From NCBI GenBank assembly GCA_041739995.1, contig JBGSMV010000047.1:1-64000 (forward strand): DNA of 64,000 bases, read 5' to 3'. The notes under the pieces were generated by a model. It ran no database searches. It was not told the DNA's origin and saw only the letters and a program-made list of their open reading frames with translations. Below, one piece after another: positions 29,222 through 38,837 of the stretch; within the stretch, counting starts at the first letter, position 1; the number at the start of each line of letters is the position of its first letter. A program made the position numbers and the translations under genes. The stretch comes from Bdellovibrionota bacterium (GTDB lineage Bacteria > Bdellovibrionota_C > UBA2361 > JBGSMV01).

Positions 29222-29413
29222 GTGGCCAGTGACGATCTCTCGATATCTGGAATCTCTGCCAACAAGCTGGATGCCATCGCTCAAAAGTTTCAAGTAGCTA
29301 TCGTCAAAAAGGCGATTGATTCTCAGGGCCAGGTTGCGAAGCTGTTGATTGACTCCGCCACCTCCTCCGCTCCTCCTCCCGGCAAAGGACAAAGGATCAA
29401 CACGGTCGCCTAA
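29222..29413 (+). CDS. YjfB-like small putative motility protein
   Basis: AAGGAG then GTG; VAIVKKAIDSQ...LI...PGKGQRINTVA matches the YjfB_motility pattern. Confidence 0.7.
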   Translation: MASDDLSISGISANKLDAIAQKFQVAIVKKAIDSQGQVAKLLIDSATSSAPPPGKGQRINTVA

Positions 29414-29549
29414 GCCCTGGTACCTTGGGACAAGCGAGCAAGGCCTCTTATTTCTCTTCGAGCATAACGTCCGACTTGTCTCGACGGCGCTTCGGCCCTA
29501 AGTTCGGTTTGGGGCACGGCTAAGGAAGGGAACCCCTTGGAGGACAAGC

Positions 29550-31238
29550 ATGGACACCACTCGACGACAAGCAGTGCGGGTACTTCTCGCAGGCGGCGCC
29601 GCACTTTATCTGCAACCTTGGATGGTCGGTTGTAGCTCTTCGCAACTCCGAAACAGGTCCGTCGTTCGAGAAAAGCAGCGTCATTTTTCCCCGATAGATA
29701 GAACTCTCGCTGATATCGCCCCGCGCAAATTCTTTGCCGACAACCCCGATCGATCGCATGCGGTGCTTTGGGACAAACATGTGTTTCTTAAATCAAATGG
29801 CCTCGTCATTCCCCCACCGACACAAGAAGTTCCACTCATAATTATTGGTGGCGGCATCGCGGGGCTCTTCTCTGCCTATCTTCTTCGCGAGCATCAGCCC
29901 GTAATTCTCGAACAAGACAGTCACTTTGGTGGAAACTCAAAAGGCCAATCCTGGCGTGACATTGATTACTCAATCGGCGCTGCATACTTCATCGAACCAG
30001 AGGGCGGAAGCGACATCGATACACTTTTGAGAGAACTAGAAATCGATAAACTTTGGACCATCAAAGAGGAAGAGGACCCCGTCGCAGTTAACGGATCGAT
30101 TTATAAGGGATTTTGGACTGGGGAAAGCCTGGCAGGAGACCCCGCGGGACTCGCTCAGATTGAAAAGCTTAGTCAGTATTTTTCTGCAGTGAACGAAGGT
30201 GAGGAAATCGCCTTCCCCGATATTCCAATCACTGACCCCGACAGCGTTTCCTACATACACGATCTCGACAGCCTCTCCTTCCGAGCTCATCTAGAAAGCA
30301 TCGTCGGAGGAAAACTACATGCACAAATTGACACTGCTATTGAGCAGTATTGCTGGTCTTCTCTCGGCGCATCTGCGTCAGAGTTAAGTGCCGCAGGCGG
30401 GGTCAATTTCTATGCCTCAGAATTTGGCAAGATTGCAGTGCTTCCCGGCGGTAATGCCGCCGTCGCAGAGCGGGTGCTCGAACGATTGGGCGAGCATCTT
30501 CCACAAGAAAATCTAAGACCAAGCTCACTCGTGTTTGATGTGCAGGTTACCGAGAGTGGCGTCCAAGTCGCGTATCTCGATGCCTCTGGAGCCGTACAGT
30601 GTATTGCCGCTAAAGCCGTAGTGATGGCCTGCCCTAAATTTATCGCCGCAAAAATTCTGCGTGACATTGAGCCAGAGCGAGTAGCCGCGATACAAAAGTT
30701 AAAATATCGAAGCTATTTAGTCGCCAACCTATGCCTCGGCGAAACTAGTCTCGATCCGTTCTATGACTTGTATGTATTGGGTGACGGTAAAATCGACTCC
30801 CAGAACCCAATGGCTGCTTCCAAAGAGCAGAAAGTAACCGACGTGGTTCTTGCGAATTACGCGCGTGCTGGTGCCAGTGACACGGTTCTTAGTTTATACA
30901 GAGGGCTTCCCTACGATGGAGCAAGAGGCGAGCTTTATGTCCCCGGTGCCTATGACAGATATCGTGCTGAATTCGAGCAACAAATCCTCGGATCAATCTT
31001 GCCTGCACTTCAGCTTAAGCCTGAACAAATAGTTGATTTAAGAATTGCACGCTGGGGGCATCCACTGGTTGTCTCAGCTCCGGGATTAATCAAAGGCGGT
31101 ACCATTGACCAGCTCCGCAAACCTTTTAAGCATCGGGTTTTCTTCGTTGAACAAGACAATTGGGCGCTCCCTGCTTTTGAGACCTCGGTCACCGAGGCGA
31201 TGTATTGGGCTCCTCAGGTGAAACAAGCACTCGCTTAG
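29550..31238 (+). CDS. Tat-exported (lipo)protein FAD-dependent oxidoreductase, amine-oxidase-like
   Basis: TRRQAV twin-arginine, MVGC lipobox-like, IIGGGIAGL dinucleotide fold, GAAY, RWGHP. Confidence 0.8.
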   Translation: MDTTRRQAVRVLLAGGAALYLQPWMVGCSSSQLRNRSVVREKQRHFSPIDRTLADIAPRKFFADNPDRSHAVLWDKHVFLKSNGLVIPPPTQEVPLIIIGGGIAGLFSAYLLREHQPVILEQDSHFGGNSKGQSWRDIDYSIGAAYFIEPEGGSDIDTLLRELEIDKLWTIKEEEDPVAVNGSIYKGFWTGESLAGDPAGLAQIEKLSQYFSAVNEGEEIAFPDIPITDPDSVSYIHDLDSLSFRAHLESIVGGKLHAQIDTAIEQYCWSSLGASASELSAAGGVNFYASEFGKIAVLPGGNAAVAERVLERLGEHLPQENLRPSSLVFDVQVTESGVQVAYLDASGAVQCIAAKAVVMACPKFIAAKILRDIEPERVAAIQKLKYRSYLVANLCLGETSLDPFYDLYVLGDGKIDSQNPMAASKEQKVTDVVLANYARAGASDTVLSLYRGLPYDGARGELYVPGAYDRYRAEFEQQILGSILPALQLKPEQIVDLRIARWGHPLVVSAPGLIKGGTIDQLRKPFKHRVFFVEQDNWALPAFETSVTEAMYWAPQVKQALA

Positions 31239-31332
31239 GTTTGAGAGCACATGGCGGACAAATCGCTCGGGTCGTCTGAGCGAAGCATCTTGATGAATTT
31301 ACTTTAACTTTGCGACAGGCGATTATGCGAAG

Positions 31333-32088
31333 GTGGAAATCGCTGCTGTTGAAGTTCATGACCTGACCGTTACGTATCATCGTAAGCCGGTGCTTTGGAA
31401 CATCGACGTATCTCTACCGGCGAATAAACTAATCGCGATCGTCGGGCCGAACGGAGCCGGAAAATCTACTCTTCTCAAAGCTGCTCTGGGACTAGTGCCA
31501 ATTGCCACTGGCAAGCTCACCGTCTGCGGAAAGCCAGCCTCAAAGAGCAAAGGACTGATCGGCTACATACCACAACGAGAAAGCGTCGATTGGGATTTTC
31601 CAATAAGTGCCCTCGAAGTAGTGGTCATGGGCAGATACGGAAAAATCGGCTGGATTCGTCGCGCCGGCAAAGCTGACTTTGCGGCGGCACGAGAGTGTTT
31701 AGATGCGGTCGGCATGGCGGATCTTGCGGACCGTCAAATTAGTCAGCTCTCGGGTGGTCAGCAGCAAAGAGTCTTTCTCGCACGAGCTCTCGCACAAGAC
31801 GCCACAGTATATTTGATGGATGAACCTTTCGCAGGCGTCGACGCTGCTACCGAACACGCCATTGTGTCTGTGCTTCAACGTATGCGAGCCGAGGGAAAAA
31901 GTATTATCGCTGTTCACCACGATCTACAAACAATTCCTACCTACTTTGACTGGGTGTTGATGCTTAACGTTCACCTTGTCGCTGTAGGACCCACTGAGCT
32001 GGTATTTACTAAGGAAAATCTGCACGCTACCTACGGTGGCCGTCTGGTCGTGCTCGATAGAGTGGGCGAGGCCATGAGAAAGTCGTAG
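31333..32088 (+). CDS. troB: Mn/Zn/Fe ABC transporter ATPase (TroB-like)
   Basis: GPNGAGKST, YIPQRESVDWDFP, LSGGQQQR, MDEPF, HHDL. Confidence 0.92.
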   Translation: MEIAAVEVHDLTVTYHRKPVLWNIDVSLPANKLIAIVGPNGAGKSTLLKAALGLVPIATGKLTVCGKPASKSKGLIGYIPQRESVDWDFPISALEVVVMGRYGKIGWIRRAGKADFAAARECLDAVGMADLADRQISQLSGGQQQRVFLARALAQDATVYLMDEPFAGVDAATEHAIVSVLQRMRAEGKSIIAVHHDLQTIPTYFDWVLMLNVHLVAVGPTELVFTKENLHATYGGRLVVLDRVGEAMRKS

Positions 32089-32132
32089 ATGAGATCTCCA
32101 CGCACTAAAGGCCCTGTCGGCCCAAGAACTCG

Positions 32133-32331
32133 CTAGGAGTCTGTGACACAGGTCTGTGACACAGCCCTGTTTGTCAGGGTCCGCCTTCGCTCACATGTGC
32201 CTGTGCAGCCATTTAATTTGATTAGGCTTCCCCCTTCGCTTCCTCGTTCGCGAAGGCTACGGAGGATAGGAAAGCTTCGGGGGACGAGTCGGCGGGACGT
32301 CGTCGTCTGTGCCTGTGTCACAGACTCCTAG
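32133..32331 (-). mobile_element. MITE-like element, copy 2 (inverted relative to copy 1; carries nested insertions)
   Basis: CTAG-GAGTCTGTGACACAG ... CTGTGTCACAGACTC-CTAG perfect TIRs; 13-bp internal duplication at 32139-32164; 60-bp insertion at 32232-32291. Confidence 0.85.
32232..32291 (+). repeat. Two nested 30-bp palindromic (REP-like) elements
   Basis: Outer CCCTTCGCT|AAAGCTTCGGGGGACGAGTCG is split by inner TCCTCGTTCGCGAAGGCTACGGAGGATAGG (32241-32270); both are absent from MITE copy 1. Confidence 0.7.
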
Positions 32332-32373
32332 AATTACTCACGAAAATAGCCCCAATAAGTGCGCTCCCAATAC

Positions 32374-32401
32374 TAAGGCGACGGAGAAAAGCTTCCGATT
32401 T
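32374..32401 (+). promoter_or_regulatory. Possible sigma28 promoter of the subtilase
   Basis: TAAG-N16-TCCGATTT ending 10 nt before ATG 32412 (no RBS; near-leaderless). Confidence 0.35.
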
Positions 32402-32411
32402 TCATTATTCG

Positions 32412-34361
32412 ATGAGGAGTCCAGAACGTAAATTACTTTTAAGACTTGTCCTCATCACAGGCTTCCTGGCGTCCAGCGGACTTACTAGCTCCGCATATGC
32501 GGATTCCCACCCCAAGCTCCCACGAATAAGCCCCGACAGAGCCATTCTCTTTCATTCAAGCAACTCAAATATCGCCGCAGCTCATCGGACAATGCGGTTC
32601 GACCGATATCCAGGCCTTGAACCTGAAGCACTAGGCCCACATGCCATCTTGGTACAACGACGTGAGGTTACTCTAAACACCGCGGCAGCACGTGGCGCAC
32701 TAAAGTCAATCCCTCTTTCGCGGCGACATAATCCCTGCCTTAAGGATCGGCGCATCAAGCGATTGGTCAAAAAGCATGGCCTCAACTGTGAACCGGACTT
32801 CATTGTTGAAGCTAGTCTGACTCCAAACGACGCCCTCTACTCAAGTTTGTGGGGCATGCAGGGTGCCTTCGGAATAGGAGCCCCAACGGCATGGAACGTA
32901 AGTAACGGCAGTGGGGTAACCGTCGCGGTCCTCGACACAGGCGTTGATAGAAACCACCCCGATCTTGCCGCTAACATGTGGATCAACACTGGCGAGATAG
33001 CATCAAACGGAATCGATGATGACGCAAACGGATACATCGATGACGTCAATGGTTGGGACTTCTATGACAACGACAATGATCCCTCGGACATGCACGGACA
33101 CGGCACCCACGTTTCAGGAACAATTGCGGGTACCGGCAATAATTCAATTGGCGTGATCGGTGCAGCGTACGGCGCAAAAATCATGGCACTTCGCTTCATT
33201 GGACCAGGTGGAGGACTCACCAGCCATGCTATCTTCGCCCTATACTATGCGATAGATAAGGGCATTCCCATCTCAAATAATTCTTGGGGCGGTGCCGGAT
33301 TTAGCTCTGCACTTCAAGCGGCGATTAGTGATGCGAGCACCTCGGGTATGTTGTTTGTTGCTGCGGCCGGGAATAATGGAACCAATAATGACTCGGTCCC
33401 ATTCTACCCGGCGTCGTATACTTTACCTAATATCGTTTCAGTTGGATCTATCACCAGTACAGGAACGATTTCGAATTTCTCGAACTACGGTGCCACCTCT
33501 GTGGATCTCTTCGCACCAGGCAGCGGAATTTTGAGCAGCCTGCCATCAAACTCCTACGCTTCGTGGGATGGTACCTCAATGGCAAGTCCACACGTGGCGG
33601 GTGTAGCCGCCCAAATTCTTAGTGTAAATTCCGGCTTCTCCACCGCGCAGATAAAGGATGCGCTGTTGAACAACAGCAGCTCGGATGCAACATACCTCGG
33701 AGCCTGTCTCACCTCGGGACGATTGAATGCTGCGACTGCGGTGCAGATTGCGAACACGCCAACACCGACACCGACGCAATCACCCACCACTCCGCAACCG
33801 GGCGCCACGATAACACCCGCTCCTACTTCAACCCCAGTTCCCTCTTCTCCAACCCTTACGCCTACTCCCTTACCACCCCCATCTCCCGAAGATGAAGACG
33901 AGCCGGACGCACCAGATGAACAAGAGTATGGTATCTTCGTTTCCTCCGGCGAGACCGAGAATGTCCTCGTTCCCGGAACGCCTGCAGAGCTCATAGTGTT
34001 GTCACAAACATCCCGCGAACGCGTAAGTCTGTTGCTGGAAAGAACGCTACCAGGTCAAGCTCAGGGCACTAAGGTTCGCTGCGCTCGAACAGGACGCTTT
34101 AGAACAAATACAGAAGACTCGGCCGCATTCCTGCGCACAAGAGTCAGCCCCCTGGCTCGATACCTCCCGGGGCTCTCTATCTCACTACTGAATGCCTCAA
34201 ACCAAGCAGTCGCCAGTGTCGATTTACCAGTCGAGGGAAACATCGCCGACTTAGTAAGCTCTCGCCGAGCTCGAATCCTTGGCCAGCGCGCTTGTCAGAG
34301 TATTGCCGGCAACCTCCGCCTTCTTGGGGCCGCCCGCTCAAGATATAAGAAGGTCGCATAA
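32412..34361 (+). CDS. Secreted S8 subtilisin-like serine protease with PT-rich linker and C-terminal domain
   Basis: VAVLDTG, HGTHVSG, AAAGN, GTSMASPHVAG; PTPTP linker. Confidence 0.93.
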   Translation: MRSPERKLLLRLVLITGFLASSGLTSSAYADSHPKLPRISPDRAILFHSSNSNIAAAHRTMRFDRYPGLEPEALGPHAILVQRREVTLNTAAARGALKSIPLSRRHNPCLKDRRIKRLVKKHGLNCEPDFIVEASLTPNDALYSSLWGMQGAFGIGAPTAWNVSNGSGVTVAVLDTGVDRNHPDLAANMWINTGEIASNGIDDDANGYIDDVNGWDFYDNDNDPSDMHGHGTHVSGTIAGTGNNSIGVIGAAYGAKIMALRFIGPGGGLTSHAIFALYYAIDKGIPISNNSWGGAGFSSALQAAISDASTSGMLFVAAAGNNGTNNDSVPFYPASYTLPNIVSVGSITSTGTISNFSNYGATSVDLFAPGSGILSSLPSNSYASWDGTSMASPHVAGVAAQILSVNSGFSTAQIKDALLNNSSSDATYLGACLTSGRLNAATAVQIANTPTPTPTQSPTTPQPGATITPAPTSTPVPSSPTLTPTPLPPPSPEDEDEPDAPDEQEYGIFVSSGETENVLVPGTPAELIVLSQTSRERVSLLLERTLPGQAQGTKVRCARTGRFRTNTEDSAAFLRTRVSPLARYLPGLSISLLNASNQAVASVDLPVEGNIADLVSSRRARILGQRACQSIAGNLRLLGAARSRYKKVA

Positions 34362-34581
34362 CTTAGGCGTCTTATATCCACCAAGCAGACGCGAGGCCTA
34401 AGCCACAAACCATGTGTAACATGAAGTAAGACAGGAAAATGGCCGCCCAAAACAGCAGCTCTGCGCCATTTTTCAAGAAGCCAAAAATATGTTCGTGAGT
34501 GCCCGCTCAGCTTCAAACTCGCTTAGGTTAGGTCACGCACTATACCTCCCAATCTTTCCCAATACAGGCTAGTTTATTGGG

Positions 34582-35523
34582 GTGTTGAGCCCGATTACCT
34601 TTTCTCTCTTTTCTGACCCCACTGCACGCATCGTTATCTTGGGATGTGGCGTTCTTGGCGCCTGCGCCGGAGCGCTTGGCTGTTTTGCCATTCTGCGCAG
34701 ACGAGCACTGGTCAGCGATGCTGTCGCCCACGCCGCTTTGCCCGGTGTGTGCGTTTCGTACCTCATCTTTGGCGAGAGAAACCTACCCGCGCTAATTTTG
34801 GGAGCCTTCGTCTTCGGACTGCTGGCCGCGGGATCTATTGCACTCGTACAGCGTTACTCACGCATCAAAGACGACGCTGCTACCGCACTAGCAATCGGTG
34901 GATTTTTTGGCTTGGGCATCGTGCTTTCACGGATCATTCAGAACAGCCCCACAGGAAATCGCGCAGGCCTTGATGGGTTTATTTTCGGTAAAGCGGCCAG
35001 CTTAGTCTGGAGTGATGTCGTTTCGATTTCCATTCTTGCCATTTGCATTCTGGGCACTTTAGCTTTGTTCTTCAAAGAATTCTCTGCGGTGTGTTTTGAT
35101 CGAGGCTTTTGCGCCAGCCTTGGTTGGTCGGTGTTACTTTATGAACTTCTACTAGTAGTGCTCGTCACGGCCTGTGCCGTAGTAGCATTACCTGCAACCG
35201 GCGCAGTCTTGATTGTCGCTTTGTTAATCATCCCCGGCATCACCGCCCGATTTTGGACCGACTCACTGCTACGCATGGTGCTGCTGGGCGGATTGATCGG
35301 ATTCTCCAGTGCAGTGCTCGGTACGATTGTGAGTGCAACGGTGCCACCTCCTGGATCTGATGGACGCGGTGGCTGGCCGACAGGTCCGATGATTACTCTG
35401 GTCGCTTCCGCGCTCTTTTTCCTTTCGTTGTTTTTCTCCCCTCGCCGCGGGGTAGTAGCTGATTGGATAAGAACCAGACGCATGCGCAAGCTGCTAGCCA
35501 AACAACTCCCTGAGGTTCTATGA
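34582..35523 (+). CDS. troC: Mn/Zn/Fe ABC transporter permease (TroC-like)
   Basis: LVSDAVAHAALPG, RIKDDAA, FGKAA, PTGP. Confidence 0.88.
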   Translation: MLSPITFSLFSDPTARIVILGCGVLGACAGALGCFAILRRRALVSDAVAHAALPGVCVSYLIFGERNLPALILGAFVFGLLAAGSIALVQRYSRIKDDAATALAIGGFFGLGIVLSRIIQNSPTGNRAGLDGFIFGKAASLVWSDVVSISILAICILGTLALFFKEFSAVCFDRGFCASLGWSVLLYELLLVVLVTACAVVALPATGAVLIVALLIIPGITARFWTDSLLRMVLLGGLIGFSSAVLGTIVSATVPPPGSDGRGGWPTGPMITLVASALFFLSLFFSPRRGVVADWIRTRRMRKLLAKQLPEVL

Positions 35524-36875
35524 GCAGCTTCGCCCAAAACCTCTCGACACTTAGCACGCTACTCACGGAAGATGATTGGTGGAATATGACCACTGGCGTG
35601 GTGTGCGCGGTATCTTGTGCTATTCCGGGGTGTTTTCTTTTACTTCGCAGACTCTCTTTACTTGGAGATGCGCTTTCGCACTCGATTCTTCCCGGCATTG
35701 CACTCGCCTTCATCATTACTGGTTCTCGCAACATTAGCTTCATGCTCTTTGGAGCCCTGCTTGCGGCGATGATAACTGTATTCATTTCAAGAAACATTCA
35801 AGTCTGGGGACGCATTCCTGAAGACTCGGCTCTAGGAGTGGCGTTTACTTCACTCTTCGCGCTCGGGGTAGTTTTGCTAAGCGGTGCTGCCAGACATGTC
35901 GACATAGATCCAGGCTGCGTGCTTTACGGATCGCTTGAGTTTGTCTCCTTTGATCGCATAGACCTCATGGGTTTCGAAATTCCACGTGTGCTCGTGAGCT
36001 TACTGGTGATACTCACGATTTCTATCGTTGCAATCACCACATTCTTCAAGGAGCTGACGCTCGTCTCCTTTGATCCAACACTCGCCAAGACGTTGGGCTT
36101 TCTTCCTTCAATCATCAGCACCGTCTTCTTGCTGCTTGTCTCGAGCGTGATTGTCGCTTCATTCGAAGCAGTTGGTTCCATTCTGGTAGTCACCATGCTG
36201 GTAGCACCTGCGGCAACTGCGCACTTGCTGACTGACAGACTCGTACCACTCCTGCTCTTCGCCGCATTTCAAGCGGTAATTTCCGCAATTCTTGGGTATC
36301 TAGGCGCGGTGATGTTGAACACATCGGTCGCCGGCATGATAAGCGTGGTTTCCTGCGTTCTGTTTCTTGGTGCCTTATGTCTATCCCCTCGCTATGGGTT
36401 TGTCTCGCGCTTAGTTCGACGATGCTTGCTGCTGGTTCGCATTGCAAAGGAAGATATTCTTGGAATCATTTTCAAAATTGAAGAGCGCCTAGGAAAGTCT
36501 CAACCCGTTTCCTCCAAAACTCTATCCGATCTGCTCCGAGATGAAGGGGCGAGCGTCCTGCGGACTTTCGCTCGCTATCAGCTCCTCTCCTCGGGTTTAC
36601 TCAAAGAAGAATCTCGCGGACACTTCAGTCTATCTCCGTCTGGACGAGCCTTCGCCCAAAGCATCGTTCGTGGTCATCGGCTTTGGGAGACCTACCTTGA
36701 ACAGTTTCTTAACCTTCCAAGTGACCATGTACATGCTCCTTCTCACCTAGTTGAGCATTATCTTTCTCCCCCTTTACAGAGCATGATCGCGCGTCAAGTA
36801 AAGACGTCTCAAGATCCTCATGGCTCGATTATCCCAAAAGAACCCATTCCGAAAAAGGATAACGCAGATGACTAG
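35520..36875 (+). CDS. troD: Mn/Zn/Fe ABC permease (TroD-like) fused to a DtxR/TroR-type metal-binding domain
   Basis: [30 protein letters not shown]-terminal [12 protein letters not shown]...HVH....EH...DPHGSIIP. Confidence 0.88.
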   Translation: MSSFAQNLSTLSTLLTEDDWWNMTTGVVCAVSCAIPGCFLLLRRLSLLGDALSHSILPGIALAFIITGSRNISFMLFGALLAAMITVFISRNIQVWGRIPEDSALGVAFTSLFALGVVLLSGAARHVDIDPGCVLYGSLEFVSFDRIDLMGFEIPRVLVSLLVILTISIVAITTFFKELTLVSFDPTLAKTLGFLPSIISTVFLLLVSSVIVASFEAVGSILVVTMLVAPAATAHLLTDRLVPLLLFAAFQAVISAILGYLGAVMLNTSVAGMISVVSCVLFLGALCLSPRYGFVSRLVRRCLLLVRIAKEDILGIIFKIEERLGKSQPVSSKTLSDLLRDEGASVLRTFARYQLLSSGLLKEESRGHFSLSPSGRAFAQSIVRGHRLWETYLEQFLNLPSDHVHAPSHLVEHYLSPPLQSMIARQVKTSQDPHGSIIPKEPIPKKDNADD

Positions 36876-37242
36876 CGCCTCTATTTCACCAGAGTTGGCC
36901 GAGAAGGTTCATCGCCTTAATATCGCCGGCATTCAACGCCACATTTTTCTTTGTGCAGATCAGAGCAGTCCAAAATGCTGTGCTAAGGAAGCTGGCATCG
37001 CCGCATGGGAGTTCTTAAAGTCGCGCATCTCTGAGCTACAACTGGACGCTAAGGTATTTAGAACCAAGGCGAACTGCTTACGCCTCTGCCGCAGCGGCCC
37101 AATCGCGGTCGTATATCCAGACGGGGTGTGGTACCATTCCTGCTCACCTGAGGTGCTTGAGCGAATTATTAACGAGCACCTGATTGAAGGGAAAATCGTC
37201 GAAGAGTTCCTTTTATCTCGCTCAGAATGTGGGGATCCTTGA
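36868..37242 (+). CDS. Thioredoxin-like [2Fe-2S] ferredoxin
   Basis: [31 protein letters not shown]. Confidence 0.88.
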   Translation: MTSASISPELAEKVHRLNIAGIQRHIFLCADQSSPKCCAKEAGIAAWEFLKSRISELQLDAKVFRTKANCLRLCRSGPIAVVYPDGVWYHSCSPEVLERIINEHLIEGKIVEEFLLSRSECGDP

Positions 37243-37396
37243 ATTGACCTGCTCAAATCGCTAGTGTTTTGGCCTGGACTGTCGAGCCGAGCTGGGGCCT
37301 CATTGAGCTATCAAACTACTAACTAGGCAGACAAAAAATTAGGCACTCCTCAAGGCGAGTAATTCTCAAGAACAATCAACCAAACCGGAGACAATT

Positions 37397-37927
37397 ATGG
37401 CTATCAATAAAACTAATTCCAATGTGACGTTCAAGGGCGACAAACTCTCACTCGAGGGTCCCGCACTGAAGGAAGGCACTCCGATGCCAACCTTTACCCT
37501 CACCGCACAAGACATGTCCGACCTTTCCAGTGAGAGCCTGAAAGGAAGCGCTCTTTTGATCTCAGTGGTTCCCAGCCTTGATACTCCAGTGTGTAATGTT
37601 CAAACAAAACACTTTAATGACGAAGCTTCAAAATTTGGCTCGGCGGCTCGACTACTTACGGTCAGCCTGGATTTACCGTTCGCCCAAAAGCGCTGGTGCG
37701 GCGCCGAAGGAGTCACACACTCCATTACCGGATCGGACTTTAAGCATCGCTCGTTCGGTACGACCTTTGGATGTTTCATTAAGGAATGGGGCCTACTAGG
37801 AAGAGCGATTTTTGTGGTGAACGGAAAAGGGATCATCACCTATTGCGAGTATGTTGCTGAACTCAGCACCGAACCAAACTACGAAGAGGCCCTCAAGGCT
37901 TTGAGTGCTGCGATAGAAACGAAATAA
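37397..37927 (+). CDS. tpx: Thiol peroxidase
   Basis: VTFKG, VPSLDTPVC, SLDLPFAQKRWCGAEG, EPNYE. Confidence 0.93.
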   Translation: MAINKTNSNVTFKGDKLSLEGPALKEGTPMPTFTLTAQDMSDLSSESLKGSALLISVVPSLDTPVCNVQTKHFNDEASKFGSAARLLTVSLDLPFAQKRWCGAEGVTHSITGSDFKHRSFGTTFGCFIKEWGLLGRAIFVVNGKGIITYCEYVAELSTEPNYEEALKALSAAIETK

Positions 37928-37945
37928 CTTTTGGATAGGTAGTGT

Positions 37946-38743
37946 ATGCGCCTGCTTCACATAGTCGCTGACTATGCCCCAGGAGATCTCGCGTTCTCCG
38001 AGATGATATCTGCTCTCGCCAAGCATTTGCCTGACGATTTCCGTTGGCATTACACAGCGGTGAAGAGTTTTGACACCATCGCCACTGGATTTGTGGTGGC
38101 GCAGCTTGGGCTTCAGAAGGAGTCGTTGCGTGCTCCAAAAACCTATCTCTATGTGAACTGCGCTCCTCGGAAGGACCGCAAAGAGGCCCGCCCACAGAAC
38201 GAAGGCGAGGGGCTCTTGTACGTTCGCTTTGCGACCGGAGTGGAAGGGGTTGTGGTAAATAGCGGTTATTCTCTCTCTTTCGCTCGAGATGGAATCACGG
38301 AGTTATCTACTCTCAATATCGAACGTGGCGGCTCACAGTTCCGTTCACGAGACATCTTTCCACCTGCGGTTGGATTTGTGGCCAACAAGGACTACAGCAT
38401 CTGTGGCGCAAAGCTTACACCTGCAGAAGTAATCCCCGACGCCCCTGTCGGGGTAGTCGGATATGTCGACTCTTTCGGCAATCTTAAAACCACCTACCGC
38501 GAGGGAGATAAGATTGTAGGCGCCCTAAAGCCTGGCCAGCGTGTTCGGGTAGCCATTAATGGGGTTGAACGAACTGCGAGCGTGGCTTCTGGTAGTTTCA
38601 ACGTGGATGAGGGCGATATTGCCTTCGCCCCAGGGAGTAGCGGCCATGAGCGTCGCTTCTGGGAGATATTTCAACGTGGCGGCTCAGCCTCAGAAACCTT
38701 TGGAAACCCGAGGGTCGGCAGCGAAATCCAACTTCTCGACTAA
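37946..38743 (+). CDS. SAM hydroxide adenosyltransferase / halogenase-fold (DUF62-like) protein
   Basis: ADY, NCAPR, SQFRSRDIFP, YVDSFGNLKT. Confidence 0.7.
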   Translation: MRLLHIVADYAPGDLAFSEMISALAKHLPDDFRWHYTAVKSFDTIATGFVVAQLGLQKESLRAPKTYLYVNCAPRKDRKEARPQNEGEGLLYVRFATGVEGVVVNSGYSLSFARDGITELSTLNIERGGSQFRSRDIFPPAVGFVANKDYSICGAKLTPAEVIPDAPVGVVGYVDSFGNLKTTYREGDKIVGALKPGQRVRVAINGVERTASVASGSFNVDEGDIAFAPGSSGHERRFWEIFQRGGSASETFGNPRVGSEIQLLD

Positions 38744-38837
38744 CCTGCTCCAAAAGTTAAACAAGGGAATCTCGTCAATCTCATACGGCTTCTAATCGGG
38801 TATTGTCTGCGCGGCACGTTCTATTTAGCGTGACGGG

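Noticed and set aside
32133..32331. 62-aa ORFs on both strands here and the similar ORF at 15731..15919
   Set aside because: By-products of the MITE sequence; no RBS or protein family.
33757..33890. Repetitive ACx-CCx DNA in the subtilase
   Set aside because: Ordinary Pro/Thr linker coding, not an independent repeat element.
34531..34540. GGTCACGCAC, like the start of a c-di-GMP-I riboswitch
   Set aside because: The GGCAAA/GCAAAG core and second hairpin are missing.
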